This document shows positions 16,818-23,852 of a stretch of 23,852 nt of DNA, one piece after another (position 1 is the stretch's first letter; each line of letters begins with the position of its first letter). The DNA comes from a virus. Lineage: Duplodnaviria; Heunggongvirae; Uroviricota; Caudoviricetes. The notes under the pieces are model-generated. The model saw nothing but the letters and a program-made list of their open reading frames with translations. It was not told the origin of the DNA and ran no database searches. The position numbers and the translations under genes are program-made. The stretch lies in the IMG/VR virus record IMGVR_UViG_2585427740_000001. The stretch is one strand, 5' to 3'.

Positions 16818-17222
16818 GTGACGTCATTCAGCTATGCAGGAGACAAGAATCGCCAGCTGACCCATTACAGCGATACCCGCTGGCATGAAGATTCCGTTCG
16901 TAACCGCTGGTTCAGCGTAATGGCGGGGCCGTCTGTGCGCGTGAATGAATGGTTCAGCGCGTATGCGATGGCGGGTGTGGCTTACAGCCGTGTGTCGACT
17001 TTCTCCGGGGATTATCTCCGCGTAACTGACAACAAGGGGAAAACGCACGACGTGCTGACCGGAAGTGATGACGGTCGCCACAGCAACACGTCTCTGGCGT
17101 GGGGAGCTGGCGTGCAGTTTAACCCGACCGAATCCGTGGCCATTGATATTGCTTATGAAGGCTCCGGCAGTGGCGACTGGCGCACTGACGGTTTCATCGT
17201 GGGTGTCGGTTATAAGTTCTGA
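16818..17222 (+). pseudogene. lom: lom (Ail/Lom/PagC-family outer-membrane protein), 3' fragment lacking signal peptide and proper start
   Basis: C-terminal ...SVMAGP...AYAMAGVA...IAYEGSGSGDWRTDGFIVGVGYKF matches the lambda Lom C-terminus as recalled. Upstream sequence is nu1; no ATG or signal peptide. Confidence 0.85.
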
Positions 17223-17250
17223 TTAGCCAGGTAACACAGTGTTATGACAG

Positions 17251-17276
17251 CCCGCCGGTTCAGGCGGGCTTTTTTG
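17251..17276 (+). terminator. Rho-independent terminator (GCCCGCC-GGTTCAG-GCGGGC followed by TTTTTT)
   Basis: Perfect GC-rich hairpin plus T6, read directly. Immediately downstream of the lom fragment. Confidence 0.85.
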
Positions 17277-17286
17277 TGGGGTGAAT

Positions 17287-20250
17287 ATGGCAGTAAAGAT
17301 TTCAGGTGTACTGAAAGACGGCACAGGAAAACCGGTACAGAACTGCACAATCCAGCTGAAAGCAAAACGTAACAGCACCGCGGTGGTGGTGAACACGCTG
17401 GCCTCAGAAAATCCGGATGAAGCCGGGCGTTACAGCATGGACGTTGAGTACGGTCAGTACAGCGTTATTCTGTTGGTGGAAGGATTCCCGCCGTCACATG
17501 CCGGGACCATCACCGTGTATGAAGATTCCCGACCCGGTACGCTGAATGATTTTCTCGGTGCCATGACGGAGGATGATGCCCGTCCGGAGGCTCTGCGCCG
17601 TTTTGAACTGATGGTGGAAGAGGTGGCGCGTAACGCGTCCGCAGTGGCACAGAACACGGCAGCCGCGAAGAAGTCAGCCAGTGATGCCAGCACATCTGCC
17701 AGTGAGGCGGCAACTCATACAACCGATGCTGCAGGCTCAGCTCGTGCCGCCAGCACGTCAGCCGGACAGGCTGCATCATCTGCTCAGTCAGCATCTTCCA
17801 GCGCAGGAACGGCATCAACAAAGGCCAGTGAAGCATCGAAAAGTGCTGCTGCTGCAGAGTCCTCAAAAAGCGCGGCAGCTACCAGTGCCGCTGCGGCGAA
17901 AACGTCAGAAACGAATGCGGCAGCGTCACAACAATCAGCAGCCACTTCTGCATCCGCCGCGACCACGAAGGCGTCAGAAGCTGCCACCTCAGCCCGGGAT
18001 GCGGCGGCCTCAAAAGAGGCGGCAAAATCATCAGAAACGAGCGCAGCCTCGAGCGCCAGTAGTGCAGCCTCCTCGGCAACAGCGGCAGGAAATTCCGCGA
18101 AGGCGGCAAAAACGTCCGAGACGAACGCTAAGTCTTCTGAGACGGCAGCAGCACAGAGTGCCTCCGCAGCAGCAGACTCAAAAACAGCGGCTGCCTCATC
18201 TGCCAGCGCCGCGTCAACAAATGCCGGGCAGGCCTCAGCCAGTGCCACCGCTGCCGGAAAGTCGGCAGAAAGCGCCGCATCATCCGCTTCAACAGCCACA
18301 ACGAAGGCTGGCGAAGCCACTGAACAGGCCACGGCAGCAGCGAGGTCAGCTTCCGCAGCGAAGACATCCGAAACGAACGCGAAAGCGTCGGAAACCAGCG
18401 CAGAATCCTCAAAAACGGCTGCCGCATCGTCAGCCAGTTCGGCGGCGTCATCGGCATCATCGGCGTCTGCTTCAAAAGATGAGGCGACCAGACAGGCGTC
18501 AGCAGCGAAGGGCAGCGCCACGACGGCATCCACGAAGGCGACAGAGGCAGCTGGCAGTGCGACGGCGGCAGCTCAGAGCAAAAGTACGGCGGAATCCGCG
18601 GCAACGCGCGCCGAGACAGCAGCAAAACGGGCAGAGGATATTGCATCCGCCGTGGCGCTTGAGGATGCGAGCACGACGAAAAAGGGGATAGTACAGCTCA
18701 GCAGTGCGACTAACAGCACTTCCGAGTCACTGGCGGCAACGCCAAAAGCCGTTAAGGCCGCGTATGAGCTGGCTAACGGGAAATACACCGCACAGGATGC
18801 AACGACAGCACAGAAAGGGATAGTTCAGCTTAGCAACGCGACCAACAGCACATCTGAAATGCTGGCGGCAACGCCAAAGTCGGTAAAGGCAGCCTATGAC
18901 CTTGCTAACGGGAAATATACTGCTCAGGACGCTACGACAGCACAAAAAGGAATTGTCCAGCTCAGTAGTGCAACCAACAGCGCATCTGAAACGCTTGCCG
19001 CGACACCGAAAGCAGTGAAAGCAGCTAATGATAATGCGAATGGTCGGGTACCTTCTGCCCGTAAGGTGAATGGTAAGGCGCTTTCAGCGGATATAACACT
19101 GACGCCGAAAGATATTGGTACGCTTAACTCAACAACAATGTCATTCAGCGGTGGTGCTGGTTGGTTCAAATTAGCAACGGTAACCATGCCACAGGCGAGT
19201 TCTGTTGTTTCAATTACGTTGATTGGTGGCGCGGGATTTAACGTGGGGTCACCTCAACAGGCAGGTATATCTGAACTTGTTTTGCGTGCAGGTAATGGTA
19301 ATCCGAAGGGGATTACTGGTGCTTTATGGCAGCGCACATCGACAGGGTTTACAAATTTTGCCTGGGTCAATACATCTGGTGATACTTACGATATTTACGT
19401 TGCAATCGGAAATTATGCGACTGGTGTAAATATTCAATGGGATTATACCAGTAATGCCAGCGTGACGATTCATACGTCACCAGCATATTCTGCTAATAAG
19501 CCGGAAGGGTTAACGGACGGTACAGTTTATTCACTCTATACGCCATCAGAGCAGTTTTATCCGCCTGGCGCACCAATCCCGTGGCCATCAGATACCGTTC
19601 CGTCTGGCTATGCCCTGATGCAGGGGCAGACTTTTGACAAATCTGCATACCCGAAACTTGCAGCCGCTTATCCGTCAGCCGTGATCCCTGATATGCGTGG
19701 CTGGACGATTAAGGGCAACCCCGCCAGTGGTCGTGCCGTATTGTCTCAGGAACAGGACGGCATTAAATCGCACACCCACAGCGCCAGCGCATCCAGTACG
19801 GATTTGGGGACGAAAAACACATCGTCGTTTGATTACGGAACCAAATCCACGAATAACACCGGGGCGCATACCCATAGTATTAGCGGGACTGCAAATAGTG
19901 CCGGTGCGCACCAACACAAGAGTTCCGGTGCATTTGGTGGCACGAACACGAGCATTTTCCCTAATGGTTATACCGCGATTTCAAATCTAAGCGCGGGGAT
20001 TATGAGCACAACAAGCGGTAGTGGCCAGACTCGTAATGCAGGGAAGACATCATCAGATGGTGCTCATACCCACTCGCTGTCCGGCACTGCTGCAAGCGCA
20101 GGCGCACATGCACATACTGTCGGTATTGGTGCTCATACGCACTCCGTTGCGATTGGCTCACACGGACACACCATCACCGTTAACGCTGCTGGTAACGCGG
20201 AAAACACCGTCAAAAACATCGCATTTAACTATATTGTGAGGCTTGCATAA
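17287..20250 (+). CDS. stf: Side tail fibre protein Stf (about 987 aa from ATG 17287), with long Ala/Ser/Thr-rich low-complexity region, three ~43-aa tandem repeats and a His-rich C-terminal domain
   Basis: N-terminus [30 protein letters not shown]... and C-terminus ...[11 protein letters not shown] match lambda Stf as recalled. ORF-track ORF begins 2 codons upstream at GTG. Confidence 0.92.
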   Translation: MAVKISGVLKDGTGKPVQNCTIQLKAKRNSTAVVVNTLASENPDEAGRYSMDVEYGQYSVILLVEGFPPSHAGTITVYEDSRPGTLNDFLGAMTEDDARPEALRRFELMVEEVARNASAVAQNTAAAKKSASDASTSASEAATHTTDAAGSARAASTSAGQAASSAQSASSSAGTASTKASEASKSAAAAESSKSAAATSAAAAKTSETNAAASQQSAATSASAATTKASEAATSARDAAASKEAAKSSETSAASSASSAASSATAAGNSAKAAKTSETNAKSSETAAAQSASAAADSKTAAASSASAASTNAGQASASATAAGKSAESAASSASTATTKAGEATEQATAAARSASAAKTSETNAKASETSAESSKTAAASSASSAASSASSASASKDEATRQASAAKGSATTASTKATEAAGSATAAAQSKSTAESAATRAETAAKRAEDIASAVALEDASTTKKGIVQLSSATNSTSESLAATPKAVKAAYELANGKYTAQDATTAQKGIVQLSNATNSTSEMLAATPKSVKAAYDLANGKYTAQDATTAQKGIVQLSSATNSASETLAATPKAVKAANDNANGRVPSARKVNGKALSADITLTPKDIGTLNSTTMSFSGGAGWFKLATVTMPQASSVVSITLIGGAGFNVGSPQQAGISELVLRAGNGNPKGITGALWQRTSTGFTNFAWVNTSGDTYDIYVAIGNYATGVNIQWDYTSNASVTIHTSPAYSANKPEGLTDGTVYSLYTPSEQFYPPGAPIPWPSDTVPSGYALMQGQTFDKSAYPKLAAAYPSAVIPDMRGWTIKGNPASGRAVLSQEQDGIKSHTHSASASSTDLGTKNTSSFDYGTKSTNNTGAHTHSISGTANSAGAHQHKSSGAFGGTNTSIFPNGYTAISNLSAGIMSTTSGSGQTRNAGKTSSDGAHTHSLSGTAASAGAHAHTVGIGAHTHSVAIGSHGHTITVNAAGNAENTVKNIAFNYIVRLA
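18673..19050 (+). repeat. Three tandem ~129-132-nt repeats inside stf (unit encodes [19 protein letters not shown](S/M)[12 protein letters not shown](E/D)[11 protein letters not shown])
   Basis: Repeated peptide and nucleotide blocks starting near 18673, 18802 and 18934, read directly. Confidence 0.8.
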
Positions 20251-20831
20251 TGGCATTCAGAATGAGTGAACAACCACGGACCATAAAAATTTATAATCTG
20301 CTGGCCGGAACTAATGAATTTATTGGTGAAGGTGATGCATATATTCCGCCTCATACAGGTCTGCCAGCAAACAGTACCGATATTGCACCGCCAGATATTC
20401 CGGCTGGCTTCGTGGCTGTTTTCAACAGTGATGAGTCATCGTGGCATCTTGTTGAAGACCATCGGGGTAAAACAGTTTATGACGTGGCATCAGGGGACGC
20501 GTTATTTATTTCTGAACTCGGCTCATTACCGGAAAATGTTACCTGGTTATCCCCGGAAGGGGAGTTTCAGAAGTGGAACGGCACAGCCTGGGTGAAGGAT
20601 ACGGAAGCAGAAAAACTGTTCCGGATCCGGGAGGTGGAAGAAACAAAAAACAGCCTGATGCAGGTAGCCAGTGAGCATATAGCGCCGCTTCAGGATGCTG
20701 TGGATCTGGAGATCGCAACGGAGGAAGAAACCTTGTTGCTGGAAGCCTGGAAAAAGTATCGGGTATTGCTGAACCGTGTTGATACGTCAACTGCACAGGA
20801 TATTGAATGGCCAGTAGCACCTATAGGGTAA
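20250..20831 (+). CDS. tfa: Tail fibre assembly chaperone Tfa
   Basis: 193-aa translation [51 protein letters not shown]... matches lambda Tfa as recalled. ATG overlaps the stf stop. Confidence 0.95.
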   Translation: MAFRMSEQPRTIKIYNLLAGTNEFIGEGDAYIPPHTGLPANSTDIAPPDIPAGFVAVFNSDESSWHLVEDHRGKTVYDVASGDALFISELGSLPENVTWLSPEGEFQKWNGTAWVKDTEAEKLFRIREVEETKNSLMQVASEHIAPLQDAVDLEIATEEETLLLEAWKKYRVLLNRVDTSTAQDIEWPVAPIG

Positions 20832-21689
20832 ATTCGTAATGATTACCTAAATACGTTATTCTTTTGTTCAAAAAGTGATTTTGCTATAGATAGGGAGTAT
20901 GTTCTTGGATTAAGAATAAAAATCGCCATGAAAGAGCTTCATGGCGAGTACATAAACGTACAAAATGTGATGAAAGTAGAGTGGCGTAAGCCACTATATT
21001 AAGATGTGACAATAGCGAAGAAAAGTAAATAACATTTTATGGACGTTTAATTGTTAATTATAAAAACTAGAGTGCCCGATATTGTTTACCTTGCTTTAAA
21101 ATAATGTACTCAAACCAAATTTTTGAGCTAAAAGCTCAAATAATATAAATGCAATAATAATGTTTAATAAGACAATTAGCTTGCTTTGTATTTTCATTTC
21201 GGAATACTGTTAAGTAACTTTGATGACCCTAACAATAGATCGGAATTTTCTTAGAGTCAATGGTCACTGTTTTTGCTTGCAAAGCAAATGTTTTGGTGGT
21301 TATAAGTTGTCTTAATATAGTCACGCATGCAACTTGTTCCATGCGGAGATTAAAGATTGGAATATAACGCTAAGATGGAATTAAATTACATTTGCAATAA
21401 TCAATTTATTATTACTCAATAATTACCGATATTATTATTGTAAATTAATCATTAGAGTGCAAAAAGAAATGTAACGGCAAAATAAGAGGACGATAGCTGA
21501 GAAAAAAGCGTGCTTTCCCAATCTGGGGCAAATCACGTCTGAATGACACCTGAAAACAGGTGGTAGCCTCAAGAAGGCTTGGAATATTCTTCTTTAATGT
21601 TATGTAATTCATTGATTTTTCGTGTACGATTTAAAGACATTTATTCCAAGAAAAATTTTTAACTCTTTGATTTTTCGACTCTGTATCAT

Positions 21690-21751
21690 CGGTCTCGAAA
21701 ACCGGAGTAGGGGCAACTCTACCGGGGGTTCAAATCCCCCTCTCTCCGCCA
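21690..21751 (+). other. 3' fragment (~62 nt) of tRNA-Ser(CGA): anticodon stem-loop, variable arm, T-arm and acceptor 3' end with CCA; 5' half absent
   Basis: CGGTCTCGAAAACCGGAGTAGGGGCAACTCTACCGGGGGTTCAAATCCCCCTCTCTCCGCCA matches the recalled 3' portion of E. coli serU-type tRNA-Ser. The preceding sequence cannot form the acceptor/D arms. Confidence 0.75.
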
Positions 21752-22335
21752 CTTTATCAATGACTTATCTCCCGACTTCCCGCCTTGCTTTTCCTAAACA
21801 GAACAATCGTAGAATATTCTTGAAGGGTTAGATCGTCACTGTTTTCTGTTCGATACTGTGACATTCAGCACTTGATTCGCTATGGATCTGACAGGAAGGT
21901 TTTGAGCGAAAATTTGCAGTTATTCAGTCGTTTTCTTATCGGTCACCATTATTCTTTTAGACATTGATCCTACAAAGCTGCCGCAAAGTTGGTGGTGGGA
22001 ACTGAAGTTGCGTAGAGAAGGGGTCAATACCCGGAGGCAAACATGGGCTGGCAAAAGTGTAGCGGTATTAGGCGCAGCTATTTAGCCTAGTTATGTTTTA
22101 TGAAAACTTGATATCATATAAGTGTCTTACTTATTGGCTGTAAATAAGTTTTTCCTAAGGAATTGTTTCTTGAGTATCATTTGTAACTGTAACGGAATTT
22201 ATAATCCTTTGCTTTATTGTTACGGTATTTTTTATCACACCCTATTTTTTATGTGGTTTTTTATACTGAAGTTTGGCAAAGTGAACTTTATATGCATATA
22301 CTTCATCCTGGTTTCAGTTAAGTTGGGTGGATGAT

Positions 22336-23079
22336 ATGGCAACTACATGTTCAGTTATATTGATTTTGGAGTCCTTTGATGTTTATTTCGGAAAAGAGAG
22401 TGTGTTTCTGGAGAGAGGTTCATCTGTACTTGTCGACTCTAGCTCTAGAGATTTTTTCCTGACATATCCTGAAAGAGTGATAGTGGCGGATTTTGGCGCT
22501 GAGTTTATTAGTCGCTATTTGAAAGCTAATAACTTAAGGGATATTTCTGATTGTAGGGAATATCCATCTTATTTAAAAATAAACTTTGCTGACTTCAGTT
22601 TAATTAAAGGATTAATTAGTTGGGCTAATCACTGTGCTGAATACATAGAAATTTTTGATGAGTCTATTGCTTTTACATGTCTCTCTGCATTTTCTTCTGA
22701 AAAACAATTTGGAGTATTTCTGTTTGAATGTTTGAAAAGCACAGGGGCTAAAGTTAAAACGATTATTCATACGGATTTATCTGCACCATGGCGTCTTAAG
22801 GATATATCATCAAGATTATATCTCAGCGAAAGTTTACTAAAGAGGAAATTGAAAGAAGAGGGGGTATCATTCAGTAAGATCATACTTGATGAGAGGATGC
22901 AAATGGCTGAATATTTACTCAGCACTCGTTGTTATCCTATTAGTAAAGTAGCTAAGGTCTGTGGTTATGCCAGTGTCTCATACTTTACTTATGTATTTAG
23001 ACGTTATTTTGGTGTTTCTCCAAGTCAATACTCTCAGAGCAGTTCAGAAAGTAAAATTCTTACTCACCAGGGAATCTGA
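22336..23079 (+). CDS. AraC/XylS-family transcriptional regulator (AppY/EnvY-like), about 247 aa
   Basis: C-terminal AraC-type HTH signature (...WRLKDISSRLYLSESLLKRKLKEEGVSFSKIILDERMQMAEYLL...KVCGYASVSYFTYVFRRYFGVSPSQY). Low-GC gene; in-frame GTG 3 codons upstream is the ORF-track start. Confidence 0.85.
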   Translation: MATTCSVILILESFDVYFGKESVFLERGSSVLVDSSSRDFFLTYPERVIVADFGAEFISRYLKANNLRDISDCREYPSYLKINFADFSLIKGLISWANHCAEYIEIFDESIAFTCLSAFSSEKQFGVFLFECLKSTGAKVKTIIHTDLSAPWRLKDISSRLYLSESLLKRKLKEEGVSFSKIILDERMQMAEYLLSTRCYPISKVAKVCGYASVSYFTYVFRRYFGVSPSQYSQSSSESKILTHQGI

Positions 23080-23590
23080 TCATTGTTCTTGCCCCCTTAT
23101 TTCCAGACAGGGGGTGTATCTTAAGTTAACGTTACCCGCTGACGTCGATATTCTCGCGGAGAGCGATAACCCAACGCACTGTGCGGATGGTTTTCATTGT
23201 AATGTTCGATCGCCACTGCAAGATTATGCAATGCCGTTCTTACATTCGGTTTCGGCATGAACGCGATGTAGTCTTCCTTCATCGTTTTCACGAACCTTTC
23301 TGCCATTCCATTACTCTGAGGACTGCTGATTGCCGTTGTGCAGGGCTCCAGATTCAACTCTCTGGCGAACTGCCATGTTTCATGCGCTCTATACGCTGAA
23401 CCGTTATCTGTCAGCCACTGGATGGACTGTTCCGGTACTTTATCGCCAAAGCGTTTTTCTATCGCTCCTAACATGACATCCTGCACTGTCGCTTTATCGT
23501 AACCTCCCGTGCTTGCGGCCCAGTCTATGGCTTCACGATCGCAACAGTCCAGGGCGAACGTAACACGCAGTTTTGAATCGCCACGGGTTT
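23077..23590 (-). mobile_element. IS2-like (IS3 family) element fragment: terminal region plus 3' part of the transposase orfB
   Basis: Terminal sequence TTGCCCCCTTATTTCCAGACA resembles the recalled IS2 end. The orfB C-terminal translation matches IS2 InsD as recalled (...TVQDVMLGA...WLTDNGS.Y...[12 protein letters not shown]). Confidence 0.7.
23121..23585 (-). pseudogene. IS2-like transposase orfB, C-terminal ~155 codons only (5' part removed)
   Basis: ORF-track ORF 23121-23486 continues open upstream to a TAA at about 23586 (…[34 protein letters not shown]…). No orfA or N-terminal orfB upstream on this strand. Confidence 0.75.
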
Positions 23591-23630
23591 AACAGACACC
23601 TCAGAGTCATTTAAGATGGCTTAAAGAGAG

Positions 23631-23852
23631 GTGCCCATGAGCGGTAAGCGTTATCCCGAAGAGTTTAAAACTGAAGCAGTCAAACAGGTTGTTGATCGCG
23701 GTTATTCTGTTGCCAGCGTTGCAACACGTCTCGATATCACCACCCACAGCCTTTATGCCTGGATAAAGAAGTACGGTCCGGATTACTCCACTTTTTCATC
23801 AAGCCAATCCGCCCACCACTGCATCATTTCTCTGCGCTTATCGAGATACTGA
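23631..23852 (+). CDS. IS3-family transposase OrfA-like HTH protein (N-terminal part typical; C-terminus atypical, possibly disrupted)
   Basis: MSGKRYPEEFKTEAVKQVVDRGYSVASVATRLDITTHSLYAWIKKYGPD resembles IS3-family OrfA HTH domains. RBS AGAGAGGTGCCC-ATG. Opposite orientation to the IS2-like orfB fragment. Confidence 0.6.
   Translation: MPMSGKRYPEEFKTEAVKQVVDRGYSVASVATRLDITTHSLYAWIKKYGPDYSTFSSSQSAHHCIISLRLSRY

Larger units (their letters stand above)
1331..23852. mobile_element. Defective mosaic lambdoid prophage integrated at attB-lambda; right end (attR) not seen within the window
   Basis: attL core then int, xis, exo, bet', nin/Q, lysis, cos, nu1', 'lom, stf, tfa in canonical prophage order. 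Immunity/replication and morphogenesis modules are absent. Confidence 0.85.

Noticed and set aside
17681-18691. 336-aa Arg/Pro/Gln-rich ORF on the plus strand, plus several long minus-strand ORFs (17784-18533, 18128-18646, 17510-17866) inside stf
   Set aside because: All lie within the GC-rich, Ala/Ser/Thr-coding low-complexity repeat region of stf. Such sequence is stop-poor in every frame, and the translations are compositionally implausible (poly-R/P/Q, poly-A/D). The stf frame is the one continuous with recognisable N- and C-terminal domains.
1-23852. CRISPR array, retron, or other large multi-gene defence system
   Set aside because: No array of regularly spaced direct repeats, no reverse-transcriptase-like ORF, and no large ATPase/nuclease/helicase ORF were seen. 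The only ORFs over 400 aa are ybhC and stf. Any novel system here would have to be made of small proteins such as the lipoprotein pair or the xis-exo small ORFs.

Overview
The window starts with the chromosomal gene ybhC (complete, minus strand), followed immediately by a lambda-type attL (core GCTTTTTTATACTAA at 1331-1345 plus P' arm). From there to the window end it is a mosaic, clearly defective lambdoid prophage; no attR is visible. Gene order: lambda-like int, xis, a string of small accessory ORFs, exo, and a 5'-truncated bet joined by deletion to the last ~40 codons of ren (no N, cI, cro, O or P). Then an AT-rich insertion carrying two translationally coupled lipoprotein genes, a DLP12-like nin/Q module (ybcN/ninB, ninE, ybcO, rusA, ylcG, Q), and an NmpC/Lc-type porin on the opposite strand between Q and the lysis genes. 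Then a phage-21-type lysis cassette (pinholin, SAR endolysin, Rz with embedded Rz1), bor, ybcV, ybcW, ylcI, an intact cos site, and a near-full-length nu1 fused by deletion to the 3' part of lom (no head or tail-shaft genes). The window ends with the side tail fibre genes stf and tfa, an ORF-free AT-rich stretch ending in a 3' fragment of tRNA-Ser(CGA), an AraC-family regulator, and nested IS3-family fragments. All identifications rest on reading the ORF translations and recalling protein families and lambda/DLP12 gene order; no database search was run. The most novel candidates are the lipoprotein pair at 7912-8921 and the cluster of small ORFs between xis and exo, including an A9-tract frameshifted secreted protein, two opal-interrupted ORFs and a 27-aa hydrophobic peptide.
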